A DNA stretch of 64,000 nt from assembly GCA_008080735.1 (NCBI GenBank), contig SHMW01000010.1, positions 1 to 64,000 on the forward strand. Direction: 5' to 3'. Shown piece by piece: positions 8,573 through 19,163 of the stretch (the first letter of the stretch is position 1; each line of letters starts with the position of its first letter). The notes under the pieces were generated by a model. The model worked only from the letters and a program-made list of their open reading frames with translations, had not been told where the DNA came from and searched no databases. A program made the position numbers and the translations under genes. This stretch comes from Promethearchaeota archaeon (GTDB taxonomy: Archaea; Asgardarchaeota; Lokiarchaeia; Sigyniarchaeales; SOKP01).

Positions 8573-10342
8573 TTATTCTTTGTATAATGGATCTGCTTCC
8601 TGTAAGGCTCTACGTTGGACTTTTCCCAATACGTTTTTCGGTACTTCAGGAATAAATTCTATCTGTGTCGGAACTTTCCATCTTGTGAGATTTTCCTTAG
8701 CCCAATCGATAAGCTCTTGCTCTGTTATTTTCCCTTGATATCCTGGCTCTAATGCAACCCATGCTTTAATTATTTCTCCTACTTTACCCTCTGGATCGGG
8801 TAAACCTGCTACGGCAGCCTCGTTTACGGCTTCATTTCTCATTAAGAACTCTTCTACTTCCTTTGGAAAGACTGAATGACCCGCCATCTTGATAAGCTGT
8901 TTTTTACGGTCTCGAATGGTTACTAATCCATCATCTCTCATAAATCCGATATCGCCTGTTCGTAGCCAAATTCTTCCATCCCATTCTTGAAGGGTGGAAG
9001 CGGTTTCTTCAGGTTTATTTAAATATCCTTTCATAACTTGTGGCCCGCAAACACATATCTCCCCCGTATTTTCTTCTCCATACTTTGAACCTGGAAGACC
9101 ATTTGCAATTGGCCCATCGCTTAAGTCATCTGCTTCTGCGCTAAAGATACCCCAGTCTGTTCCCGGTATTGGCATACCGATATTACCTAAGGGACTTTCT
9201 CCAAAGAGACTTCCTGAACTTACAACTGGACTGGCTTCAGAAAGCCCGTATCCTTCAACAATCTTACCACCAGTATTTTCTTCAAATGCTTCTTGTACTG
9301 GAGCGTGGAGTGGTCCAGCGCCGGAAATGCATTTCTTTATTTTGCCCATAATATCATAATCATCTAAATCGGGAAATTCCGCTAATCGCTTGAACAAGAT
9401 TTCTGCTCCAACATACGCAACTCCCTCTGGAGCAGGCAACTTCTCAATCGTTTCCACTAGCTCCTCGGTCTCTGGAGGTCGTGGAAAGAGCATCATCCAT
9501 CCTCCTAAGCCAATAGATGCATTCATTACCGCAGTCATCCCAAAGGAATGAAATAATGGTAAAACGCCTAAATCTGCTATTCCTGGTTGTTCTCCACCCA
9601 ACCATTCCACACATTGAATCGCATTAGAAACCACATTGAAATGGGTAAGATTTGTTGCTTTAGGCACCCCAGTTGTACCACCCGTCATAATATAAGTTGC
9701 AGTATGCTCTGTAGGATCAATAGATATGTATGGTAATTTGGCGGGAGTGTTCAATAATTCGACAAAATCATAGCAAGGTTCAAAATCAACTTTTCCTTTT
9801 GGTATTTTACCTACTAACTTCCCAATGAATTTCAATACTGAAGAAATCCCTGAAGCCAGATCGGCAATGTTGGTAGAGATAATGAATTCTATATTGATTT
9901 TTTGGATTATTGGTTTAACCAATTCATCATATAACGCATCAAGAACAATGAGCGCCTTAGCCTCGGTTATTTCTATATGATGTAAAACCTCCAGAGGTTT
10001 ATAGGTCGGATTTATTCCCGTCGCAATTGCTCCGATTTTAGCACATGCGAAATAACTAATAACATATTGGAAACTATTTGGGAGCAAAAAACCGACACAA
10101 TCGCCTTCCCTTAGACCCAAATCATATAATGCCGTCGCAAGGGAATCAATCATCTTTCCTGCCTCTTCATAAGTCATCCAAGATTCCAAAAACCACATCA
10201 TATTCAAATCGCCATATTTTTCTCTCTGCCGTTCGAAAAATTCGCCTAAACTAAGCGATTCGAATTCTATATTTTTTTTAACTTCCTCGGGCCACCATTT
10301 TTTAAACCATTGCTTTTTTTCATCTACATACCATTTTTTCAT
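8573..10342 (-). CDS. fadD: Long-chain fatty-acid--CoA ligase (ANL adenylating enzyme)
   Basis: MTGGTTGVPK, EGYGLSE, LRTGD, DRKKQLIK, PKNVLGKV. Confidence 0.9.
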   Translation of the reverse strand: MKKWYVDEKKQWFKKWWPEEVKKNIEFESLSLGEFFERQREKYGDLNMMWFLESWMTYEEAGKMIDSLATALYDLGLREGDCVGFLLPNSFQYVISYFACAKIGAIATGINPTYKPLEVLHHIEITEAKALIVLDALYDELVKPIIQKINIEFIISTNIADLASGISSVLKFIGKLVGKIPKGKVDFEPCYDFVELLNTPAKLPYISIDPTEHTATYIMTGGTTGVPKATNLTHFNVVSNAIQCVEWLGGEQPGIADLGVLPLFHSFGMTAVMNASIGLGGWMMLFPRPPETEELVETIEKLPAPEGVAYVGAEILFKRLAEFPDLDDYDIMGKIKKCISGAGPLHAPVQEAFEENTGGKIVEGYGLSEASPVVSSGSLFGESPLGNIGMPIPGTDWGIFSAEADDLSDGPIANGLPGSKYGEENTGEICVCGPQVMKGYLNKPEETASTLQEWDGRIWLRTGDIGFMRDDGLVTIRDRKKQLIKMAGHSVFPKEVEEFLMRNEAVNEAAVAGLPDPEGKVGEIIKAWVALEPGYQGKITEQELIDWAKENLTRWKVPTQIEFIPEVPKNVLGKVQRRALQEADPLYKE

Positions 10343-10443
10343 TTTGTATCACATTTTTCATTATAAAATTTTGCCATCTTATTGTCTTATTGGTTTTTCT
10401 CATTTTTAAAGATTAACTTATTTGCCGAAAAAATAAATCACTT

Positions 10444-10977
10444 TTAAATTGGTATCCCATACATGCCAGTTAATGAATCTTCAAAGAGAGGAATTTGTGG
10501 CGGAAAATATGTGAATACTACAAAAAGAACACCGATAATTATAATTCCGAAGACGGAAATATATGAAATTTTGAGATTAAATTCAGATTTCATCATAATT
10601 TTATAACTTACAAATTGACCAACACTTACAGCGAATATGAAACTGAAAATATCAAGCCAAAGTATATGCTCACCAATAATTGCAGTATAGGTATAAAAAA
10701 AGACCGGAATTATAAAAAGAATCAACAATGCTGAAACTAAATTTGCCAGAAAAAAGTTTTGTGATTCTTTATTGACATTTCTATACTCAAGAATCCCAAA
10801 AAAAACTAATGGCCAATAGCCTAATTTCAAGTGTTCCCAGATACTTTCATTCACAGCACTGATGGCCCCAATGGGAGGAAAATTTCCAGAGAGTTCAAAA
10901 AGAAAATGCAAAAATGAGCCAAACATGATAATGAATACAGACCCACCAATCTGCCAATTCAGAATTTTATTTCTCAT
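10444..10977 (-). CDS. Conserved membrane protein (DUF6512-like)
   Basis: GSFLHFLFELSG, AVNESIWEHLKL, FYTYT, FTYFPPQIPLFED. Confidence 0.7.
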   Translation of the reverse strand: MRNKILNWQIGGSVFIIMFGSFLHFLFELSGNFPPIGAISAVNESIWEHLKLGYWPLVFFGILEYRNVNKESQNFFLANLVSALLILFIIPVFFYTYTAIIGEHILWLDIFSFIFAVSVGQFVSYKIMMKSEFNLKISYISVFGIIIIGVLFVVFTYFPPQIPLFEDSLTGMYGIPI

Positions 10978-11207
10978 TTTCGAATAAAAAATATTTATTT
11001 TCTTAGAAGAGAATAAGAATGTGATAATTAAATAGACATCTTCTTTCTCTAATAAAAAAAAGTTGCAAGCTTGAGTTCTTTTTCAGGAATTTATGATAAA
11101 AAATTTATGAAACATAAACTCTTACGCAAAAATACGTATAGGGATTTAGAAAAATTGGTTTTTTCGCACCCTAACCTAAAATAAATTTTAATAGAATTAA
11201 AACCTAG

Positions 11208-11360
11208 TTAGCCCTTTTCTCTATGCATTTTTGGGAGGTTCTTTCGCGGTTCTTTCGCTCTCTTAGGTTTTTCTTCCCGTTCTTCAAGAGGTTTTTCATC
11301 AACGGGCTGTTCTTTTTCCATCTTTTTTTGCTTCATTTTTTTCTTTTTTTCATGTTTCAT
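11208..11360 (-). CDS. Small Lys/Glu-rich protein (50 aa), not in ORF track
   Basis: ATG 11360 preceded by AAGGAG; MKHEKKKKMKQKKMEKEQPVDEKPLEEREEKPKRAKEPRKNLPKMHREKG*. Confidence 0.55.
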   Translation of the reverse strand: MKHEKKKKMKQKKMEKEQPVDEKPLEEREEKPKRAKEPRKNLPKMHREKG

Positions 11361-11497
11361 AATTTCACTACTCCTTAATAGGACTATTGGTTGATTTTTC
11401 TTTATTAGTGTATTTTAAGTGAACCTAATAAAACTTAGCATTATAGCTTATTAGGTGGTTTAATATTTGAAGAGTTCTAAATTTGGAATAATCCAGC

Positions 11498-11662
11498 TTA
11501 TTCCATAATCATTTTTGCTCCACATTCGGGACAAATCTCTTCCGTACAAGGTTTTCCGGCGGTTCTTGTTTTAGTAGTCTTACATCGTGGGCAAACGCAA
11601 ACCCCTCCAGGTCCAGACACATACCTTGTCCCTCTCTGCGAATCATTTTCTTTAGAGTCCAA
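11498..11662 (-). CDS. Small Cys-rich zinc-binding protein (54 aa), not in ORF track
   Basis: TTG start after GAGAGG; GPGGVCVCPRCK...GKPCTEEICPECGAKM. Confidence 0.75.
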   Translation of the reverse strand: MDSKENDSQRGTRYVSGPGGVCVCPRCKTTKTRTAGKPCTEEICPECGAKMIME

Positions 11663-11717
11663 CTGTTATATCCTCTCGTGATAATTGTTATATTTTTGCA
11701 TTTTATTTTATTTTCTT

Positions 11718-12725
11718 TTATTTCAATTCAGTCATAACTTGTTCCAATGGATTTTTCTCAATAAAATCTTCAACCATATCAAAATTACTTGGGATACCTT
11801 CCCGTACTCCTGTTTCCCTTGCTTCAAACGCACCTAAGGCAGCAGCGAATTTTGATGTTTTATCAAGATTATATTTATTCAGAGTGGCGACGATGATTCC
11901 ACTCATAAATGCATCTCCCGCACCGGTCATATCTTCAACAGAGACATCATACACACCGCTATTGATAACCTTTTTACCATCTGATAAAACAGATCCGTTT
12001 GATCCATTTGTTATAGCAACCAGATCCAATCCTTTGTCAATTAATACCTTAATCATATGAATTGTATCCGTTTTTCTTGTATACGATTGGGCTTCTTCTT
12101 TATTCAAAGATATTATATCGGAATTTGAGATTAGAACATCAGCCCATTTTGGATTATTTTTAATAATGGACATACTTGGAGCACCGAATACCTTCCCTCC
12201 TTTTTCCTTAGTTAGTTTTATACATTTTTCCACCGCTTCACAGCTCTTCTCTTTTGTCAGGGAAGTCCACGCAAACGCTTTAATATTTTCAAATAAGTTT
12301 TGATTTATGTCCTCTGGGGAAACAAGGTCATTAGCTCCTTTATAGGCTAATATACTTCTGTCTTTACCCCATTTCGTTTTTAAAATTACAGAAAATGCAG
12401 TCCTATCCTTTTCAGTCTGGTTTATATGGGAAATATCCACACCCCGATTTTCCATATCATCAAGACACATCTTTGCGGAAAAATCCTTTCCGATCATCCC
12501 GATAAAACTACTCGGGATCTTCATCATCGCACAGTCACAAGCGATATTGGCGGCAGAACCTCCAGGAAAAAATCGTAGATTTTCTATATTCAATTTTTTA
12601 CTATACTCGATGGCGGTGTATTTCTTTACCTCATCTTCTTTTAAAAGCTCGAATCTCAGTATATCTTCAATATCTATAATACAATCTAATGTACAACTAC
12701 CAATTGTTAATAACTCTAAACTCAT
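11718..12725 (-). CDS. PfkB/ribokinase-family carbohydrate kinase
   Basis: PGGSAANIA, LNKEEA, DMTGAGDAF. Confidence 0.9.
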   Translation of the reverse strand: MSLELLTIGSCTLDCIIDIEDILRFELLKEDEVKKYTAIEYSKKLNIENLRFFPGGSAANIACDCAMMKIPSSFIGMIGKDFSAKMCLDDMENRGVDISHINQTEKDRTAFSVILKTKWGKDRSILAYKGANDLVSPEDINQNLFENIKAFAWTSLTKEKSCEAVEKCIKLTKEKGGKVFGAPSMSIIKNNPKWADVLISNSDIISLNKEEAQSYTRKTDTIHMIKVLIDKGLDLVAITNGSNGSVLSDGKKVINSGVYDVSVEDMTGAGDAFMSGIIVATLNKYNLDKTSKFAAALGAFEARETGVREGIPSNFDMVEDFIEKNPLEQVMTELK

Positions 12726-12767
12726 AGTGAAATTATCCTCTCCTTTAAATTGTTATTTTGAAAAAAA

Positions 12768-15044
12768 CTATATTTCTCTCATATTATTCAGTAAAAATCT
12801 TCTTTCAACTCGAGCAATCAATCTTCTGGTCGGCTCAATTCTGTCTGGATTTACACTTATACTCGTGATTCCATGCTTCACTAAGAACTCAACGATTTCT
12901 TCATAAACAGAAGGAGCTTGTCCGCATATTGAGACGGTCTTATTATTACGGCGACATCCCTTAATTACGAACTCTAAAGCTTTAAGAATGGCGGGATCTC
13001 TTTCATCAAACAGCTCGCTAAGGTTTTGGTTGTCTCTGTCAACACCTAAAGTTAATTGAGTGAGGTCATTACTTCCTATGCTCACACCATCTACATATTT
13101 GAGAAAATCGTCGATTAGAAATACGGTACTAGGTACTTCAACCATAATCCAGAGCTTAAACTCCTTACTCCGTGCTAAGCCATTTTGATCCATTATTTCA
13201 ATAGCTTTTTTAAGAATTCGTTCAGTTCTTACAAATGGGAGCATAACATGAAGGTTCTTATGGTCATACTCATCTCTCACCTTTTTAATAGCTTTTAATT
13301 CTAATTCGAATACCCTACGACTTTTAACATTTCTATGGCATCCTCTGAATCCTAACATGGGATTATTTTCTTTGGGCTCGGCTTCTTCCCCTCCCGGTAA
13401 TTCTCTATACTCATTTGTCTTAAAATCGAGCGTTCTATAAACCACAGGTTTGGGATCGAAAGCTGCAGCAACTTTATTGATTCCTTCTGCCAATTTATCA
13501 GACCAATCTTCACTTTTACCCTCCTTTATAGCCTTTTGCGGATGGATTCCAATCTGGGCGGCAATAAATTCCGCTCTAAATAGGCCCACTCCATCCACAT
13601 TTCTTTTTGCTATAGACTCAGCAGCATCAGGCGAAGAAAGATTTACATATAGATTAGTCCCAGTAATGAGAGCAGATCTCGCAACTTTTTCATGAGATTT
13701 TTTAGTGGTTTCCTCTTCTACCATGCTCTCTTGAATACCTTGAAATACTACTCCTTTTTTCCCGTTTACGGTAACCTCCTCATTATCACTTAATTTTGTT
13801 GTAGCCTCTCCCGTGCCAACCGTGCATGGAATCCCAAGTTCTCTTGAAACGATAGCTGCATGACTCGTCATACCCCCTTCATCGGTAATTATTGCTTGAG
13901 CTCGTTTCATCGCTGGAACCATGTCTGGAGTCGTCATAGTTGTTACAAGCACATCTTCTGAGGTAATTTTATCTAATTGACTTGCATCTTCGATAATTTT
14001 CACCGTTCCTGCCCCAATCCCTGGACTTGCTGCGAGACCTTTTAAAATGGGTTTGGTTTCCATAGATTGTGCTGATTGGGCTTCTTCGTTTTCTTCTGGT
14101 ATAGTAGTTATCGGTCGTGACTGAAGAATATAAAGTTTATCAGAATATGCCCATTCAATATCTTGCCCTTCTCCTTCATAAAAATCTTCAATATCTTTTC
14201 CAATTTTAGCCAATTTAATGATATTATCATCAGACAATTTTTGTTGACTTCCCTCTTTTTTGGAGAGATCAATTTCTTTTGTCGTATTCCCTTGTCGGAT
14301 GATTTTAAAATCTTGGGTTGAAACCTCCTTGTTTAGAATTTTCCAGTCTCCAGGATCTACCAAATAGGTATCTGGAGTGATGCTTCCTGAGACAACCGCC
14401 TCGCCAAGCCCTATACCTGCTTCTATAAGTACTTGATTCTCGCCAGTAGATGGATGTTTCGAAAACATAACTCCCGCGACATCAGCATCGATTAATTTTT
14501 GCACTATCACAGAAATGCCGACATCCATATGATTAAAATTGTTATTTTCTCTGTAATATATAGCTCTGGCAGTAAACAGACTTGCCCAACATTTTTTTAT
14601 TGATTGCACATAATTTTCTTTGTTTACTCCTAAATATGTGTCTTGTTGGCCCGCAAAACTTGCTTCTGGCAAATCTTCTGCCGTTGCGGAACTTCTTACT
14701 GCAACATTTAGTTCATTGTTTCCATTTTTCAATTTATCAAAAGGTTTAGAAAATAACTCATTAAATTCATCAGAGATATCTTGCTCTAAAAAAAGTTTTT
14801 TAATTGTATCCGATGCCTCTTGCAATTTATCCGTTTCTTCAACATCTAAATCCGCTAATGTTTCCTCTATTTTCTTTTTAATTTCAGCCTCTTCTATAAA
14901 ATCAAAATACACTTTAGAAGTTATTGCATAACCGGGTGGGATTGGGAGATCTCGTTTAGTCATAGCTCCTAAATTGGCACCTTTTCCACCCACCGCATCT
15001 ATATCATCTTTATCAATTTCCTCAAACCATAAAATACCCTTCAT
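12768..15044 (-). CDS. ppsA: Phosphoenolpyruvate synthase (pyruvate, water dikinase)
   Basis: VGGKGANLG, AVRSSATAEDLPEASFAGQQDT, GGMTSHAAIVSRE, SIGSNDLTQ, SICGQAPS; start likely ATG 15044 (track gives 15071). Confidence 0.95.
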   Translation of the reverse strand: MKGILWFEEIDKDDIDAVGGKGANLGAMTKRDLPIPPGYAITSKVYFDFIEEAEIKKKIEETLADLDVEETDKLQEASDTIKKLFLEQDISDEFNELFSKPFDKLKNGNNELNVAVRSSATAEDLPEASFAGQQDTYLGVNKENYVQSIKKCWASLFTARAIYYRENNNFNHMDVGISVIVQKLIDADVAGVMFSKHPSTGENQVLIEAGIGLGEAVVSGSITPDTYLVDPGDWKILNKEVSTQDFKIIRQGNTTKEIDLSKKEGSQQKLSDDNIIKLAKIGKDIEDFYEGEGQDIEWAYSDKLYILQSRPITTIPEENEEAQSAQSMETKPILKGLAASPGIGAGTVKIIEDASQLDKITSEDVLVTTMTTPDMVPAMKRAQAIITDEGGMTSHAAIVSRELGIPCTVGTGEATTKLSDNEEVTVNGKKGVVFQGIQESMVEEETTKKSHEKVARSALITGTNLYVNLSSPDAAESIAKRNVDGVGLFRAEFIAAQIGIHPQKAIKEGKSEDWSDKLAEGINKVAAAFDPKPVVYRTLDFKTNEYRELPGGEEAEPKENNPMLGFRGCHRNVKSRRVFELELKAIKKVRDEYDHKNLHVMLPFVRTERILKKAIEIMDQNGLARSKEFKLWIMVEVPSTVFLIDDFLKYVDGVSIGSNDLTQLTLGVDRDNQNLSELFDERDPAILKALEFVIKGCRRNNKTVSICGQAPSVYEEIVEFLVKHGITSISVNPDRIEPTRRLIARVERRFLLNNMREI

Positions 15045-15488
15045 AATTAACCAAATTAACCTCTTGTTCATTAAAAAATATATAAAAGAATTTTTTATTA
15101 TTTCCCTTAATAAGTTATAAATTCCTTTTTAAGAGAGGAATTCTTTAAAGAGATGAACACGTGGATGAATAGACACTCATTCAATTATACATATGCAGTT
15201 TGAGTTATTAATTTGAACTTGATCAAGCTCATTGAATATGTATGGGAGCGGATTGTAATTTATGAAAGATATTTATGCCTAAACTACACTTCTCCCCAAA
15301 AACTTATGATTTAATGGATAAAGATATACATATGAGAAAAATTATACTTTTAGAATCTAAATGAAGTCAGTTTAATATGGAGGGATCACTACTTTTTCAA
15401 AAAAAGATAACTAAAGAGATCATTTAATTCCATTAATAAGTTTAAAATACAAAATTTATTAGGATCTCATTCCGACTACACAATAAGA

Positions 15489-16250
15489 ATGGATACACTA
15501 ATTTGGATTTTTGTATTTATAATTGGAATGGTGGCTAGTTTCATAGATAGCGCATTTAAAATGGGATATGGATTAGCCACACCCACATTAATACTGCTCG
15601 GTTTCGATCCCATCATTGTAGTGTCAACATTATTATTTTCTCAATTATTTGCAGGATTTACCAAAACAATATATTTTTCAATTTTCCATCATACGCCGTT
15701 TGTCGAAAATGAGCAGGAAATCCGCTTAAATATATATTATATTATAACAGGTATGGCTGGAATGATTTCCGCAATTATTCTGGTATACTTTTTGCCTGAA
15801 CTCTATGTGTTATTCTATATTGGAATAATGATTATTTTCGTGGGTATTATTACTATTTTAAACTTTAAACTCAAATTTACCAATAGAAAATTTTATCTTA
15901 TAAGTTTAGTAAGCGGATTTAACCAATCAATATCAGCTGCGGGATATGGTCCACTCGCAACCTATCAAGAATTTATGAAAGACGGAGATTATAAAAAAAC
16001 GCGTGCGATCACCTCAATCTCTGAGGCTATATTATCTGGTTTTGGGTTTTTATTATATTTTGTGTTATATGACCTTCTATTCGACCAAATTCAGTTGATG
16101 ATTATTCTAATAACCACTGGAGTGATATCAACCCCATTTGGGGCATTGACTTCCGATATGTTAAACAAAAGAAAATCGAAGATAATAATTGGCATTTCAT
16201 CAATCGTTATAGGAATCTTGTTAATATTGAGGATTTTCTCAATTATATGA
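15489..16250 (+). CDS. TauE/SafE-family anion exporter (divergent)
   Basis: SFIDSAFKMGYG, SAAGYGP, about 8 TM. Confidence 0.8.
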   Translation: MDTLIWIFVFIIGMVASFIDSAFKMGYGLATPTLILLGFDPIIVVSTLLFSQLFAGFTKTIYFSIFHHTPFVENEQEIRLNIYYIITGMAGMISAIILVYFLPELYVLFYIGIMIIFVGIITILNFKLKFTNRKFYLISLVSGFNQSISAAGYGPLATYQEFMKDGDYKKTRAITSISEAILSGFGFLLYFVLYDLLFDQIQLMIILITTGVISTPFGALTSDMLNKRKSKIIIGISSIVIGILLILRIFSII

Positions 16251-16356
16251 TTTAAGTCAGGTTAGACCAATGAATATATTGCTTAATTTTTAAAATTTTT
16301 CCATAAACAATAAATAAAAAATAATCTTAGATAAAACAATAAAGGAGTTTGGAATC

Positions 16357-17133
16357 GTGGAAATTTCTATTGATATTTTGGTCATAATTATTATATTAGG
16401 CTTTATAGGAGCATTTATCGATAACGCATTCGGCATGGGGTTCGGGACTCTGACACCTATCCTCACAGCAATGGGATTTAAACCAATAGTTGTGGTTCCT
16501 GTTCTTTTGATCGCCCAGATGAGTTCTGGCTTAAGTGGGTCTATATTCCACGCGATATTTCGGAATGTGGAATTGGATTCCAAGGAAAAACGAGATGTTA
16601 AAGTAACCGTACTCCTTACTGTAGCAGGTATGATCGGAATGACAGCAGCTATATTTCTAGCCATCAATCTTAATGAATTAGCAATAAATATTTATATTGG
16701 TGTGATGATTCTTATTGTCGGTATAATAATGGTAAAAGAGATTGGATTTCATTTTTCGTGGAGCAAAATGTATATAATCAGCGGATTAGCCTCTTTTAAT
16801 AAAGCCATCTCAGGAGGAGGTTATGGTCCAATCACTACGTCCGGTCAAGTAATATCCGGGAGAGATCACGAGGAATCAGTCGCCACTTCAGTTATATCTG
16901 AATCATTCCTTTCGGGGTACGGATTTTTGTTATATTACTTATTTGAGGGATTTCAAAATATTAGTGTCACTATAGATTTAATGATAGTTTTAATAATATC
17001 CGCCGTTATAGCCACACCATTAGGTGCATTGACAGCGGATAGATTAAATAAAGGAAAAGCCAAAAAAATTATAGGGTATGTCTCAATCGTGTTAGGCATT
17101 TTTACACTTATTAGACTTTTTTGGTATGTATAA
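16357..17133 (+). CDS. TauE/SafE-family anion exporter
   Basis: AFIDNAFGMGFGTLTP, FNKAISGGGYGP. Confidence 0.85.
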   Translation: MEISIDILVIIIILGFIGAFIDNAFGMGFGTLTPILTAMGFKPIVVVPVLLIAQMSSGLSGSIFHAIFRNVELDSKEKRDVKVTVLLTVAGMIGMTAAIFLAINLNELAINIYIGVMILIVGIIMVKEIGFHFSWSKMYIISGLASFNKAISGGGYGPITTSGQVISGRDHEESVATSVISESFLSGYGFLLYYLFEGFQNISVTIDLMIVLIISAVIATPLGALTADRLNKGKAKKIIGYVSIVLGIFTLIRLFWYV

Positions 17134-17165
17134 AATGAAAATATCGAAATATCATCAATATTCAT

Positions 17166-17936
17166 ATGAAACTAATCGCTTGGAATGTAAATGGTATTAA
17201 TGCGAGGGCAGAAAAGGGCTTAATCGATTTCATTCATGAAAAAGATGCCGATTTCTATCTTTTCCAAGAAATTAGAACAAAAAAGAAAAACGCTAATTCG
17301 AACTTACTTGATTTAGACGGATATCATGATTACTGGTTTTCCTCAGAAAAAAAGATGGGCTACAGTGGAGTAACAACTTATTGTAATAAAGAGCCGCTTT
17401 CCCTTCAAAAAGGTATGGGAATAGAACAATTTGATCGGGAAGGGCGCTTAATGACATTAGAATTCGAACGATTCTATTTAATCAATGTGTATTTTCCCAA
17501 TGCCGGGACAGAGTTAGAACGATTAGAATTTAAGACTTGGTTTAATAAAGAATTCCTGAATTTTTGTGAGAAGTTGAGGAAAGATAAACCTCTTCTTATA
17601 GGAGGCGATTTCAACGTAGCTCACACTGAAAAAGATCTTGCTGAACCAGAAAAAAATCAGCAAAACGCGGGATTCACAATAGAAGAAACAGAATGGTTTT
17701 CTCGTTTTCTTAGGAAGGGATACATTGACACCTTTCGAGAATTTGAACAAGAGGGAGGGAAATATACCTATTGGAGTTATCAATTTAATTCGAGGGAGAA
17801 GAATTTAGGATGGAGAATTGATTATTTTATTGTAAGTGATGAATTGGAGGATAAGATTCATGATAGCTATAGATTGGCAGACGTTAAAGGTTCTGATCAC
17901 TGTCCTATTTGCTTGAAGATGAAAAATTTACTTTAA
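17166..17936 (+). CDS. xth: Exodeoxyribonuclease III / AP endonuclease
   Basis: WNVNG, QE, GYSGV, VYFPN, GDFNVAH, YTYWSY, GWRIDY, SDHCP. Confidence 0.95.
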   Translation: MKLIAWNVNGINARAEKGLIDFIHEKDADFYLFQEIRTKKKNANSNLLDLDGYHDYWFSSEKKMGYSGVTTYCNKEPLSLQKGMGIEQFDREGRLMTLEFERFYLINVYFPNAGTELERLEFKTWFNKEFLNFCEKLRKDKPLLIGGDFNVAHTEKDLAEPEKNQQNAGFTIEETEWFSRFLRKGYIDTFREFEQEGGKYTYWSYQFNSREKNLGWRIDYFIVSDELEDKIHDSYRLADVKGSDHCPICLKMKNLL

Positions 17937-17982
17937 AGCAATAAGATTTGAAATGTAAAAATAAAAAATAGGGAAAGAAAAT

Positions 17983-18840
17983 CTAAAGTACTTCAATTTT
18001 TTCTTGATTATAAATGTCTAAGGCTTCTTGGACACTTTTTCCTTCAAATATTGCCTTATATCCTAATGCCTTATTGATTGGTTTAGGATCTTGGAAGATA
18101 TTCCTCCCAATTGCCATTCCTTCGAGATCTTGGACAATATCATAAGCTGTTTGATATGCAGTTTCAACTGTATCCATTTTTGCCCCTCCTGCGATTAAGC
18201 AATAAATACCTGGGGTGTATTCCTTCACTTTCCTTAGACCTTCTTTATTTTCGGGGTAATATAATTTAACCATATCTACACCCATTTCAAATGCGACTCT
18301 TGCAGCGTATCGTACATTTTCCATCTTACCCTCCTCTTCTTTTTTTCTTGGATCATGCTGCCTTACATAAGACCATAATATTACGGGTACTTGGAATTTT
18401 CGAGCATTTCTCACGATCTCTGCTAATTCTGTCATCTGTTCAGCCTCATCTTGTCCTCCTGTATATAGACTATATCCCACTCCAACTAAACTAGGACAAA
18501 TTGCCACAGCTTCTTCCACGGAACAATCAAGACCTCCACGTGGCGGCCTGTTATTATAGAATAATTCTGTTTTTCCGTTGAGTTTCAATACCATAGGTAA
18601 ATCAGGGTGCAAGTGGGCATATCTTATATATGTTCCTTTATGTAATACGAGTGGAATTCCAGCTTTTTCCGCGATACTCATCACATAATGTGGATTGGAT
18701 GATTCTGGAATGGTAAAATCCGCCCTATGTTCCAGTCCATGGTCATTTGCAAGAAATAGAGCCTTATCTCCGATAGACCCGTGTATCAGCATCTTTTCAA
18801 TTCGAATTTGAAATGCTGTATAAGGGTTATTTACTGACAT
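17983..18840 (-). CDS. Class I (DhnA/archaeal-type) fructose-bisphosphate aldolase family
   Basis: DHGLEH, LKLNGKT, DMVKLYYP (Schiff-base Lys), IAGG, GRNIFQ. Confidence 0.85.
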   Translation of the reverse strand: MSVNNPYTAFQIRIEKMLIHGSIGDKALFLANDHGLEHRADFTIPESSNPHYVMSIAEKAGIPLVLHKGTYIRYAHLHPDLPMVLKLNGKTELFYNNRPPRGGLDCSVEEAVAICPSLVGVGYSLYTGGQDEAEQMTELAEIVRNARKFQVPVILWSYVRQHDPRKKEEEGKMENVRYAARVAFEMGVDMVKLYYPENKEGLRKVKEYTPGIYCLIAGGAKMDTVETAYQTAYDIVQDLEGMAIGRNIFQDPKPINKALGYKAIFEGKSVQEALDIYNQEKIEVL

Positions 18841-18967
18841 TATTATTTCATACCTCTATTGTTAATTGCTGTATTATTTTTGAACTTTTAAAACTAATGT
18901 TTAAAAAAATTAGAGTTGTGAATCTTTTCGTAAAAAAGTTATTCTTGTGGAAATTATACGCAAAGTT

Positions 18968-19163
18968 CTATTTTGATTTTATATTAAAGTTATCGAATAG
19001 AATTTTTACAATTTTGATGCAAAATTCTGCATCAGCTAATACTTCTTTTGCATCAGTCTCATTAAATAATTCAGATGGACCTAATTCACGTCCTTCATCA
19101 CCATACATTGCAGGTTCTCTCAGAGCAGCTAATCTTTCTGAAATTTAGGTCTTTTTGATTCAA
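18968..19163 (-). pseudogene. HEPN-domain gene remnant (internal deletion and frameshift)
   Basis: TTG start overlapping the MNT stop (TTGA) gives MNQKDL; a different frame from 19144 gives ISERLAALREPAMYGDEGRELGPSELFNETDAKEVLADAEFC..*, a typical HEPN C-terminal half. Confidence 0.7.
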
